Shown in pieces: positions 25,623 to 38,433 of a DNA stretch of 64,000 nucleotides. Each line of letters opens with the position of its first letter. The first letter of the stretch is position 1. A model generated the notes under the pieces. That model was not told where the DNA came from, did no database searches, and saw only the letters and a list, made by a program, of their open reading frames with translations. The DNA comes from Monocercomonoides exilis PA203 (Eukaryota > Protista > Preaxostyla), in NCBI GenBank assembly GCA_001643675.2, contig LSRY02000015.1:1773936-1837935 (forward strand). Direction: 5' to 3'. A program made the translations under genes and the position numbers.

Positions 25623-27499
25623 TTCAAAAAAATATTTAGAAAAATGAAAAAAACAGATCCTCCCTTAATGATTAAAATTTCTGTGTGATCACAACACCCA
25701 GTAACAAAATCATCGGATGTGACTCTGTCACATTGCATTTGTTAAATCTAAATTGTTTGATATCGATCTTTATGAACCTTTGCACATCTAATTCCATATG
25801 AGTGAATAAACTCGTACAAGTTCTAAAGAAATAAGAACTTGATTAATTTGACTGAGTCGCGAAAATTTGACTAAGTCATATCGTTTTTTTCTTTTTTAAC
25901 GAATTTTGCATATTTTTATCGAATTTCTTTCAATCTCACCAAGATCGAAAATGTGATTCTTATAATCATAACATGTGATCGAACATTTTTTTGTTTTGTT
26001 GATATTTTTATTATCAAAAGTTCACAAACGTTGAATTCACAATATGGGAGATTATTTTTGGAATCAAAAAATTTTTCGGAGCGCTGTTTTTTCAAAAATT
26101 GTAAGTCTTTGGAAGGTGATTTTGTATTAAAAGGCTCAATACATCTTTAATGTTTCACAAACCACCGTCTTTGCAGAAATAAAGATGAAGATGTCTTCAA
26201 TAAGCCATTTCATTTTAAAGTTGACATTTGTTAACGTTCAATTAAAATTTTCGGTTCGAAATTTTTGAAAGAATAATTATGATTTTTAAAGATTATCACC
26301 CATATGTTGAAGCTATGATGATAACAAATCGTGTTCTTTTGTTTTTTTCTTTCAACTGTTTGCAGAAACACAGAAAAAAAGGACAAAACTTGGGTGATTA
26401 TTTTTTGAGATCATATTTTTTCACACAAAAATTTCGGTGCAAAAATATTTCTTGAATATCAATTAAAAATAATTTGAAAAGTGAAAAGGCTTATTGCATG
26501 CATTTTTATCTTTGACTCAGAAAAACCATTTGTTTTTAATACAATTATCATTCTTTTTCACTTTTGCATTAAAATTTTCTTTCGAAAAACAAACAATCTC
26601 TGAAAAAACAACACACCGAAAAAAGCTATGATTTCGAAAATAGTCACCCATATCTATTCAAGTAATTAACTGGAAAGAAAGAAAGATTGAACGAAGAAAA
26701 AGGAAACAGAAAAAATAATTTTTTTGTGGAATCAGCAAACTATTAATTTTTCAATCATTATTTTCACGAAAACAAAACTTTTTATTGCAGTTTGTCCAAA
26801 AAAACGTTGATCTGTCCGTTTTTAATGTCAATCATCCCTCAAGTTAAAAATTTTGTTGGATACCGTTATTGATTGGTGTATTATTTGGAATTTTTCGTTT
26901 GCGCTTTATTTTTCATATATTTGCCTTTTTATTTAACAAACAACAAAAATTAGTGAGAGCGTATGGATTGAATACACTTATTATTTGATTATTCTTTTTA
27001 TTTTTTGTTGTTAATGAATAAATATTTTAACACGACATTTTTTCTTTTTGTTCAGTGTTTTGCAAATTGCAAGGACAAAAGCGAAGAGTTATTCAGAATT
27101 ACATTTTTATGAACTTTCGAACCTTAGCCAATCAAATAAATGAACACTGATGTATAAATATTCAAAGAAATTATGTTTGATGATGTTTGTTGTTTTAAAT
27201 GTCAATAACACACAACAAACGAATATTCATTTATGTTTCATCAGTTGGAGAAAAATGATTGACTTTCATTGGGATATTAGGAACTTTTCATTTTTTTCAT
27301 TGTTTTTTTCGTTATAATGCTTATCTCCAACAAATCTGCAACCTTTTCATTTTTTTTCATCAATCATATAAACATGCAGATTATTTTCATTAATCGCTCA
27401 TCCTTCTGATTATATTTGTTTCCAATAAATACAAAAAAAAGCATGTTGAAATGAATAAGATTTCTATTATTTATCTTCGAAAAAAAGTCTAAAACAATT

Positions 27500-28720
27500 A
27501 ATCGAAATGAAAAAACATTCACAAGTTTTTTCTTTCCAAAATTTGGGGCCAGATAACATTTTCGACATGAGAAATTGTCCTTCTGAACTATTTTGGAGAA
27601 ATCTCTTTGAAAGTTTGAAGAAGAGTGAAAATTAAGTGGTTTTCACCTTACCAACAAAGAGATTGTTCCTCTTCTCTCTTTTTCCAAAAACCGAAGACAT
27701 TCTCAATCGGATTCAGAATTGGGGAATAGGCTGCATTGAACAAAATTTGATGGTCAGCCTCCTTTTCAATTTCATCTGTATTCATGTGGTGGATTGCTGT
27801 GCTATCAAAAACAATAGCGGAAGAAACATTTGCTTTGATTGAAAGGAGAATTTTTTTGATGAAGGCCTCAAATAACTCATGTTTCACAGTTTCTCGTTCA
27901 ATTTCTGTTCAGCTCATTCCTTTTGTTGATATTGACGTGATAGCCGTAAACATTGATGAATAGGAGGAAGCTGAATCAAAACCTTTTAACACCTTTGTAA
28001 CCATCCATATTTCCGAATGCATTCAATATTCCAGGACGTTTCGTCGATGTGGAATATCATAGCACCGTCTCTCTGATATTCGAAAAGCTTTTCCACAAAC
28101 GCAATTCGAATTTATTTATTTTCCTCAGTATTTCCAGATGAAGGTCTGACTGTAAATTTTTTAATGAAAACAGTGGATATTTCTAAGTGTTTTCGTTTTT
28201 TCATGCAATCATTCGATGTGTTGTTGTTTTTCTAATTATTCAACCTGCAATTAACATCTCCTTTGACATTTTCCTTAATGAATTCAAAGGATCTTTTCAC
28301 AGTTTTTCACTGACAATCTCGTTGAACTGTTGATTGAATGCTTTTTGTTTTCTTTCCTTTTTGATTCAACGGTCAGGAAATTTCAATTCCACTTCTTAAC
28401 TTCGTAGGATATCTTGATGTCGTTATTGCAGTCAACGTTTATTCGCTTGCACACCATAATTCTGATTTTTCTTGGCCGTATTTCCTATTAAGAGAAGCAT
28501 GTTTCATTCTTTTATCCTAAGTTGCATGCGTTTAAAAATTTTTCTTATTTTGTTTTCCACTAAATTCCACATTTCGCAGCTCCTCGATTTGTTTTTCTCT
28601 CTTTTCTTTCTTCTATATTCGAGCTTTCATTCGTATCATTTGGAGAAGTTGTTCTTCCAAAGGATGAATCACAGGGCAAATAATTGGTGCAACTCTATAT
28701 TCAGACAGAGGAGGCACAGA
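27500..28720 (-). mobile_element. Tc1/IS630-type (DD~34E) transposase relic
   Basis: Minus-strand fragments GAMIFHIDETSW (~28030-28066), IVFDSTAIHH and AAYSPILNPIENVFGFWK (cf. PPYSPDLNPIE..W). Heavily disrupted, boundaries approximate, TIRs not identified. Confidence 0.7.
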
Positions 28721-28922
28721 TCTTGATATATGTTCTTTTTTTTCATTTGTTCACACATCCAGGAAGAAAATATTGTTTTCTTTCATTATTCTTTGATCTG
28801 TATTTTTCAAAATTGGATTTATCAGATAATTTTAATTTACGGGATGATCGACATTGAAAACGGATGGATCAACATTTTTTTGGGACAGACTGAGGTTAAA
28901 GTACAGAGAACCTTAATTCTTC

Positions 28923-31900
28923 AGAACAAACGATAACAACAACACCTCTTGTTATGGGAGTTGAGCCTGTATTAAGGGCTCAGTCGCTTCTTTGATCATG
29001 GATATTGAAAACACTGCAACAGGACTTGCATCGAGTCTGGGAAGTATTTTTTCAATCAGCAGATCAACAGGCTGCGTAGAACTTTCTCAGACCACCTCCT
29101 TAGGCAGTACATCACATCTGTAACAAGCTCTATCTGCATCAGGAGATACCTCTTTTGCTTCATCTATCTACGGAAAGGATAGTTTTGCAACATTATGCAT
29201 GGAATTATTTGGGTCAGAAACCTCAGAATTTATTTTTGATCTGAAAATCGACTCTCTTGATACAGCTGATTCATTTTTTTATGAATCCTTTTCCAACCCT
29301 CCATTCATCCCATCCAAATTCCACGAGTTATCAAGATCATCAAACTGGATGAAGGACGCTCTAAACTCTAGTGGCTGGAGAGTTGAACGCTACTTAATTC
29401 CAGCAGTGAAGGCACTTATTCAAACACACGCAGATGCGCCTGAGAAACAGGAAAGATTATCCGATGCGATGATGCTTGTGATTTCGGGTCTCCAAGAAGC
29501 AAGGCACTCAAGGATCCAAGCAGAATACGGATTTACCGCAGCTAAAGCGCTTCGAGTGGAAACAGAGGACACAATTGTCTCAGGTGAAAAATTGTCCAAG
29601 ATAAAACCATTTCGCGAGGCAAGGAGAGCTCGATCGCAACCATCACAGCATCAACTCCACAATAGAAGAAGATTTTTTTCGTCTTCCTGCCCGAAGCATC
29701 GGGCCTGCCCAGTTCCGAACGAGAATATCAGCCAGACAACAGCAACAAACAGTGAAATGGTTCAGAAGCCGGGGAATGTTCTATATTTAATAAGAAACAG
29801 GACTCAAATATTTGCAAAGGAATGGAGGAGCATTGGAGTGAAGAACACAACAACGTTTGGCGTTAACTCAGTTTGGAAAGGAAAATCTGAGAAAGAAAAG
29901 TTAATGAAGGAGGTTTGTTTGCGAAGAGGCTTTATTGGCACAAGAAAGGAAGAAGAAGAGTGTGCCAAATGGAAATCGGAGAGTTTGTCCAACAACATTT
30001 TATGCGAAATCGAAGAAGGAAATGATAAATGTTTAAACACTCTGTTCTTTATAAAGAAAAAGAACGGTTAATATCAACAAATTCTCGATTGTCGCCACTT
30101 GAACAATACAAAAATGAACATTCACTTCAAATCAGAAGACCACAAGACACTGGAGAAGCTCCTCCGCAAGGACGATTATGCAGTTTCAATAGATCTCGCA
30201 CAAGCGCACTTTCTTGTTTCCGTACACAAAGACTTCACTCCCTTCCTTGCTTTCGGATTCAGAAAGAGGATATTCGTATTCAAAGGAAACCACTTTGGTT
30301 GTAAAGACGCTCCACGAATATTATCAAAGCTGATGAGGAAGATTATGCAGGAGGTTCGGAAAAGATGGAAGGAAAGATGTTTGAATTATCTTGACGATGT
30401 TCTCCTTTGCACAAGAACACAAAGCCTTGAAGGAAGCTTCAAGAGCAATTGTTTGAAGGCTCAACAACATACAACTCGATTTCAACAAAGAGAAAAGCAA
30501 GTTAACTCTCAGAAACACCTTCTCCTTCCTTGGAAGGACATGAAGACTCGAATTATGAAGGTTGCATTGGAGACAAAGCGCACGTACTCGTTGCAGAAGA
30601 AGATAAAACGGTGGATGAATTTGGAATCGAAGGAAACATCAATCAAGACAAAAGACTTCGCATCACTCGTTGGAGAAATCAGCGCAACTCGATTAGTCTA
30701 CGCAGACGCCTCTCCACACATGAACAGATTATGCAAGGAACTCGACAATGCAGTCAGGAAAACCGGTTGGACTGGTGCGATGAATCTGAATTATTCAATC
30801 ATGGAACAGCTGCAATATTGGAGGACGAGACTGAGAGAGAAGGAGGAAAGGCAGTGGGTGTCATTTGCAACTCCAGACGTGACGTTGATAACAGATGCTG
30901 CACACCGTGCATGTGGTGAAACACTTTGAATAGGCAGCTCTTTGTACCACTTCCACCAAGCTTTCAATCGAGCATTCTTCAATCAGCCATCCAATTTCAA
31001 GGAGATGTTGGCTGTGCTTTTGGCACTCAAACATTTCCGCAATCTCAAAGCCAAATACAATGCCCAAAGGATTCTTCTGAGATCAGACAACACCGCTGTT
31101 GAATACGACACCAATCTCTGGACAGCGTGAAAGAATCTTCTGTCTCTCACGAGGAAGATCAGACAATGGACAACAGAATGGAACATTCAGCTGAGAGCAA
31201 TTCACCTCCCAGGAGCAAAGAACTTGACAGCGGATGCCCTCTCAAGACTTCAACGCGCAGGAGACCACGAGATTACAGACGAAGCATTAAGAGAGTTGGA
31301 ACATCGGTTAGATCTTACAATCGAACAGGACGCCTTCGCAAGCGCGACAAACAGGAAAACAATGACTTGGTTTGGACCAGGAAGCCCGATATTGGATGAC
31401 GGGCGTCAAGCGGATTGAAGCACAGAGATCACTCTGGTTCACACGTCAGTTCCTCTGATTCTTCCGTGCCTCAAGAAGATTCAGGAAGAACACGCGAGAG
31501 CAGTGATTCTGCTTCCAGCTTGGAGGAACCAGATTAGGACACAGTTGCTTATGGAGATGAAAACACATTGTGTGAAATGGAACAATTCGAACAAGGTTTT
31601 GAAGGCAGAACTAGGTCTAAAGAAGACAGGAGCCTCACTTTCTCCGTGGGTGTTTTTGGCTGCAAGACTCAACTTGTAGCGCAAAAAGGAGAGCAGTGGT
31701 AGAACAGCTGCCTTCGAAGATGCAATTTTTTCGAAGCAATAATCACCGAAGCTTAAAATAGTGTCTCGACTTCAACTTGGACAGCCTGCACATTCGGATT
31801 CGTGCATTTTGCCTAGGCATGGACGGAGGATAATTGTGGAGAATTTCCACAAGACTTCTTGGAATGGTGTCGAAGGTGTACCGTGCTTTTTGTCAAACAA

Positions 31901-32985
31901 AAGGAAAAGGGATTCCCCTACACATGTTTGAGAGTCACGAGATCCACAATTTCTCTACACTCAAGAATTAGTTATGGAGAAGACATTGGGCAAGTCCCAA
32001 TTATTAAGACAATCTTCTTCTCGTTTCAGCGTTCACACGTCCCCAAAAGACCTTATACATACATGTAGTCACACACATAGGTCTTCGATTTCAACAACTC
32101 ACGGCCTTCCAATATTAATCTATCCTTCTATGAACTTACAGTGAAGTGCATTTTGCTTTGTGTTCTGTTTTCAGCCTGCCTCTTTCACGAACTTGAGCTG
32201 CTGTCAATGAGCAAGTCGATATTCAGCTGCGATTCCATCCACATCTACACGCACCTCAAAACCTCAATTCCACCGAGTTTCTTAACAATCCCTTTCTTAC
32301 GTGAAGCTGACGAAAATATTTGCCCTATAAGAGCAGTTTGATGCCTTTGGAAGAGAGTTCGAAGAACACACATATCGAGAGATCCATTTCTTCTGAACAT
32401 GACGCATCACACACCGCTGAATTCTTCGGGAATTAGAAAACTGACAAAACTCGGAATGACACACGAAGGGATCCCACAGGAGTTCAGACCATGCACAATC
32501 AAGCATGCAGCCATTTCCGCCTTGATCTTGAAGGGAATACCGGAAGTGCTGATAGTGAGACATTCTCGCTTATCACTGACAGCTCACACTCCAACACGCT
32601 CCTTCCTTAGAGCCAACCTTGCATCCGACATGTCCCACGTGCTGGTTGCTTCTCGACAGGAAGATCAAACCGCACTTGTTGCTTGCAACTGCTCATCCAA
32701 TGCCTAAGCACCATTTCTCCCAGCCTTCGCCTCACAGGAAACAACAAGCCTCTTCTCAAGAACAACTGAGTTCCCACGACCACCCATTGCTGAACTTAGC
32801 AACGAACTTAACTATTAAATTCTAAGGTAATTGAAAGCAGAATCTGCAAGAGATTGCAGCAGATTTTATTATACCACAATTTGAACGTTCAGACAAGTGA
32901 GATTTGTCTGATTCATGCAGATATATAAAAATTCCCAACAATTATTACTCCCATTACAAGAGGTGTTGTTGTTATCGTTTGTTCT
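28923..32985 (+). mobile_element. DIRS1-like tyrosine-recombinase retrotransposon (gag-RT-RNase H-Dam-like MT-YR), decayed, ~4.06 kb
   Basis: 39-bp inverted termini with 1 mismatch (28923-28961 / 32947-32985). RT motifs LFFIKKKNG..ILDCR.LN, SIDLAQAHF, FGCKDAPRI, YLDDVL. RNase H LITDA, NFKEMLAVLLAL, LRSDNTAV, ADALSR. MT-like DAFASATNRK...PLILPCLKKIQEE..AVILLPAWRNQ. YR CPIRAV, FRPCTIKHAAISAL. Many stops and frameshifts. Confidence 0.88.
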
Positions 32986-33020
32986 TAACGAAAAATAATT
33001 CTTCCCATAAAAAAATAATC

Positions 33021-36000
33021 ATGGGAGTTCCTTCTCTTTTTGCTTACTTTTTCAGGAAATATAATAAATGTATAAATTATGCAGTTCCGCCAACTCAAGA
33101 TAATCCGAGTCCAAATGGAAAATGCGATAAGTGGGCTTTTATTTGTTAATTCGAAAAAATGCTTTCAAATGTTTTTTTTCGAAGTTTATATCTTGATTTT
33201 AACGGAATATTGCATGCTTGCACACATCCTGCTGATAAAGTATTTATTTCCTTTCTCTTTTCATTTTTCAAAAAGTAATAATTTTGCTTTTCTTTTTCAA
33301 AAGTTGATTCCTCCTCAAACATTTGTTTGCAGCAAAATGGATTATAATCAATTTTATACAATTTTTATTTCTTTAGGATCAAATGATAGATGAGATGATT
33401 ATATTTATCAAGCATTTGATGGAATTAGTTCAGCCTTCAAAGTTGCTTTTTATTGCTGTTGGTTTGAACAAAATTTTTGGAGATGTTAAATATTTTGTAT
33501 GAACATTTCACAGATGGAGTGGCGCCACGTGCTAAAATGAATCAACAAAGAGGAAGAAGATTTCAAGCAGGACAAAATAGCGATTCTTCAAAAGAAAAAA
33601 TTGCTGAATTGTTCAAAGAAATGGAGGTTTATTTCACATTACGCAAATTGAATCATCCATACTTGTTTAATTGCATTGATAGGGAGATGGATGGGTTATT
33701 CCGCAGAGTTTTGATTCTATTTTCGTCAAAGATTGCTTTGATTCAACTGCAATCACACCTGGCACTGAATGGATGGAGGCTGTTTCGAACCGTCTGATGG
33801 AACAGCTGCAAACGGAAGTGGCTCAAGATGAAAAATGGAGCAAGCTTCAGGTTATATTTTCAGGATGGAAAGTTGAGGGTGAAGGAGAACATAAAATTAT
33901 GGATTTTATAAGGAAGCAACAGACTCAACCAGGATACGACATTCACACAAGGCATTGCATTTATGGACAAGTCTGAATTATTCTTTCCTTATTATTTATC
34001 TTTGCTAATGATTCTCTTCACTATTATTTTTTTAAAATTCTTTTCTTTTCTTTTCACATTTTCTTTGTTGCTAATTTTCAATGCATTTACCAACAACATT
34101 TACACAATTTTTTTAAAATATTTAAAAAAAAAAAAATAGGATGCTGACTTACTGAATTTAACTTTACTAACACATGAGCCGCACTTCACAATAATCAGAG
34201 AAGGATCGATGCTTCCCTCGATGAAAGCAACAAAAAAGATGAAAGAGAAGGCATCGGCTGACGGAAGAGAAGAGCACGCTTCATCATCCACTTCTCCTTC
34301 TGAGATGGCCGGAGAATCAGAAGGCGAAAACGACGACGATGCCAATGAAGATCAGCCTGGATCGCCTTCATACAGCGGAATTGACACGGACGAGACACAC
34401 TGCCCGCTCTGCCACTCGCGCGAGCACCAGGCGCTGTTCTGTCCGCTGAACGAGGCGACGCCCATCGCCAAGCTTCAGCCGTTCATCCTTGTCGACATCT
34501 CAATTTTGCGGCAGTACATCTTTTTGGAGTTTGCAGACTTGAGTCCGACATCACGCACAGACTATCAGACGGTCATTGTGGGAGTGAGTGACGGAATGGA
34601 GCAGAACTACGAGAGACTGATGAAGAGGCAGCAGACGTGGAAAGAGGAGCAGCTGGCGAAGGAGCGGGCAGAACAACTCACAAAGGATGACATCGAAAAG
34701 AAAGAGGAGGAAGAAGCATTGGAAGCTAAACAGGACAAAAAGAAAGATCTTAGCCAGACAATCTTTCCATTTGTGCACTACAAAAGTGAAGGAAAGCCGA
34801 TGACAGGCAAACCAGAAAAGCAAGCCAAACCTGGACAGACTGATGAAAAGAGAGGAGAAGGAAAATCTGCCTGCTCTGAAGAGGCAATTACGGGAAGCGA
34901 CGATTTCACGTTCAATTTTGAGCGTATTGTGGAAGACGTGGTGATGCTTTGCTTTTTGGCGGGGAACGATTTTCTGCCGCACATTCCGACCTTCGACATC
35001 AGAGAAGGAGTAATTTCTCGAATCTTCACAGTTTACAAGAAAATTGTGAGGACAACAGGATATCTCACTCGCAATGGTGTTGTCAGAATGTCTGCGCTGT
35101 ATGCATTTATTCAGGAATTCGCTAAGATCGAACAAGAAATGTTTACTGCCAGAGAGGAAGTGAGGCAGAGGCGGTTGTTGCAGAAGAAGCAGATACAACA
35201 GGTTGTTCTGAAGGCTGGTCTGAAAGGAGTTGCTTATGTGGATGGTGAAAAGATTAGCGAAAAGGCAGACAAAGATGTGTCTGCTGCTGATCTGCTTTCA
35301 GCCGGGACGAATTCAACGACTTCTCCTTCTGCTTCATCATCTGATCTTCCGACACAGCCATTTGCATCGCCTCAATCAGCAGCTGAGCACAAAGACTTGC
35401 ACACACAGCCAGCCCAAAGGCGAGGTGCTGCAGAAATGAAGCAGATTGAAGCGCCGCCAAAAGAGCAGGCATCCACCGAAGAGTATCGTGCACAGTGCGT
35501 GAGAGAGTTCAGGCGCAGGCAGCGTCATCAGGTTGAAGTGAAGCACTTGGCGACACTTGCATCTGGTGGGAAGTCTGTGCTGGATGATCTGCGGATGGAC
35601 GATGCTGGGTATGTGGAGAGATACTACTTGACTGTGTTTCCCGAAGTATTCAACGGGCTGACGAGCAAAAAAGAAGAGGTTGAGGAAAATGCGAAGATGA
35701 CGTCGAAGGCAATTGAAAGAATCGACACCGAGGGGCAGCAAGACCAACCGAGAAAAGAAGAAGGCAGAGTGAAGATCTTATACAACCCGAAAAAATCTCC
35801 TCTTCACAAAGATTTCCATCCATTTGGCAGTCAAGTGAAAGAAATAGTAAAACGTTATTTGGAAGGCGTTCAATGGTCGATGCTTTACTACACACAGGGC
35901 TGTCCTTCAAACAGCTGGTTTTATCCACACAGCTATGCGCCACTTGCTTCCTCGCTTGCCGTGTTCTGTCCAAAAGATGGTGATTATGAACCAGACTGCA

Positions 36001-37265
36001 CAGAAGAAAGCGAAAAGAGCGAAACGGCATCGCCATCATCGTCTTCTTCATCCTCCTCGTCCTCATCTTCTTCAGTCTCAGTTCCTGTGCTGCATCCACT
36101 CATCAAGTTTCCTAAAAATATCACAGTCACTCCGTTGCAGCAGCTGATGTCTGTTCTCTCGCCTTATTCTGCACACCTTCTGCCCGAATGTCTGCAGCCA
36201 CTTGTCACTTCGACCAGTTCTCGCTTGTTCCCATTTTATCCTCGCGAGTTTGAGATCGACGAAGACAGCAAACTTTACTCGTGGCAGGCAGTGGTGATTC
36301 TGCCAGTGTTGGACTTCCGTCTGATGATAACTGAAATGAACAAGGCAATCAAAGAGGCAGAAACGAAAGGGAAAGGACTGACAAAAGAAGAGAAGAAGAG
36401 AAACGAAGCAGACAGCAACTATCTGATTGTTAGCGAAGCGAACGAATTACTGAAAGGGAAATACAATGAATTATGCAGCAAACCAGATTGGAACAAGAAG
36501 TTCCAAACTGTTGTGGAAACAGAAAAAGAAGCAAATGAGATACACGCTGCATTCAGTGCGAAAGAGAAGTTGAGAATTGCTTCAGAGCAAAAAGGCGCAA
36601 ATAAAGCTTCTGAAGATAACTCTGCACAAAACACCTCAATTCTCCGTGGGTATTTTGAGGAAGTGCCTGCGACGACTAAAATTTCTGATGCTTCATTGTT
36701 CCGTGTGCACTGCTTCCGTTTTGGAAACCCACTACCTTTGGACAGCTATCCCGCGCTTCCTCTCTATCAGTTCTTTTCTCCTCGCGAGCGCTTGAATATC
36801 AGCCTTGCTTTTGAGCACCCGTCAGATGCAGTTGTGCACTTTCCCTTGCTGCACCTCCTCCGCACGTGGTCGTTCTCGGCGCATCAGACAGTGGACGGGC
36901 CGACACTTTCGCTGACGTCGAAGCAGATGGCGAGCGAGTCTAGAGACGAAGGCACACGCATCGCACTCGACTTCAACAGGCGGCACAACACAGAGCAGTA
37001 TGAGAAGGACCTGAAGAAGCACCAGCTGAAGCACACGAAGGAGAACGGAGAGAAAGGGGAGAAAGGAGCAGAAGACGATGGGCAATTCCTTATGCGGCTG
37101 TCTGCTTCCAATGAAAGGGGAATCATCATCACGATGGCCGATCTGTATGCAGGGCAACGTTTGATAAGGCCGCTCCGCCTTTCTCAAGATCCTGACACAA
37201 AAAAATACTTGAGACGGAATCCTCAAAAAAGGAACGAAGAAGGTAGCATAGCTCACAAGTATTAG
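33021..37265 (+). CDS. XRN2: 5'-3' exoribonuclease, XRN2/Rat1-like; multi-exon, including a 21-nt microexon (33304-33324)
   Basis: MGVPSLF start; spliced CDN|LYLDFNGILHACTHP; AV|DGVAPRAKMNQQRGRRF; GEGEHKIMDFIR; HCIYG..DAD; THEPHFTIIRE; a CCHC knuckle CPLCHSREHQALFC (XRN2 feature); FLAGNDFLPH; YLEGVQWSMLYYTQGCPSNSWFYPHSYAP; QLMSVL; WQAVVILP. Confidence 0.9.
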
Positions 37266-37711
37266 AATTTAGCTTTTGAAGCTGTATCGGACATTTCTTG
37301 CTTACCAATGATCCTTTATTCAATCATGATCAACATTAATTACAATTTTTATTTTTTTGAAATGCGAATCTGTTAATAATTCTTGGAAAAAATGTTTTTT
37401 CAGACCTTTTTTTTTCTTTTTTGAAAGAGACAATAATGTATACAAAATTTGAGCTCATGAGCTTGCGAAGAAAATTAAGGATTTTGGTGGAAGATTTAAA
37501 GCTTGAATCATTTGGATTCTGATTTCTTGTTAAAAATAACAAACATTGCAAATAAATGAGCAGAAGCTTGTATTTAATCTGTTCAACGATAAAATATTTT
37601 CGACTTTTTCATTTAAAATATCTGTTTTTGTTAAAGGTGTATTTCTAAAAAAATTTTCAAAATTGTATATTATATGTTTTGATCAATTTTCTGAACGGAT
37701 TATCTTCCATA

Positions 37712-38433
37712 ATGGAAAACGATTTTTCGAAAATTCAACAAAAGTCTTATTTAAGATGTTCTACTATTTGGGGAGAAGATGTTGAGGGGTATTTTTATGC
37801 GATTGATGAAGAAAACAACCAAATTATATTGGAAAATGAATCAATTTCATTTTCATCCAGCTCACCAATATTAGAAGCTTTATACAAACCTGCAAAACTT
37901 GGAGAACACAGTCTACGTTTTCTCTCGTGCTCGGCAATCAAAGGTTTTATGGTTCTTCGCTCTTCTTCAGAAATTGAAACAAAAGAACGATTGAGATTTG
38001 AAAGAGAACTTCCTTATGTGTATGATGCACCGGATGATGAGGCATTGAAAAGAAAAGAAAAAACGGCAATTCAAACAATTCGCGAGAGACAAAATCACAT
38101 CAAACCTGGAATATCTGAAGAAATTCAATCATTATTCAATCATTTTTGTAATATGTATGATTCAAGCAATTTTATGAATATTTTCCCCCTTTTATTGATG
38201 CGATTTCTTTTCAAAATGCATTTTCAATGTTATATTATGTGCTTTAAAAATTCCAAAAAAAAAAAAAAAATAATATTAGGTATCCTGATTGCCACTGGGA
38301 AGGTGACTCAATGATTATTATGGGAATACGAATTGAACCGCCATATCAGCCTGAAAGTTGCAAAGGTGAACCGGAGGTTACACTTGAAAGAATACGAAAA
38401 AATCTTAAACAAAAACTGAGATTACCAAGTTGA
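37712..38433 (+). CDS. LSM12: LSM12-like protein (N-terminal Lsm fold, C-terminal anticodon-binding AD domain); intron 38155-38279
   Basis: Lsm-like CSTIWGEDVEGYFYAIDEENNQIIL..LRFL. AD-like GISEEIQSLFNHFCNM|YPDCHWEGDSMIIMGIRIEPPYQPESCKG..LERIRK matches the LSM12 pattern (VS.EGQ.LF..I.KT...C.W...I....I.PPY..ENC). Confidence 0.8.

Noticed and set aside
25845-25878. Direct repeat AATTTGACT(G/A)AGTC x2
   Set aside because: Only two short copies; not a CRISPR array or otherwise interpretable. No CRISPR-like repeat-spacer array was seen anywhere in the window.
27500-28920. Fanzor/TnpB-type RNA-guided nuclease associated with the Tc1/IS630 relic
   Set aside because: No RuvC or zinc-finger motifs recognisable in any frame near this or the other DNA transposons.
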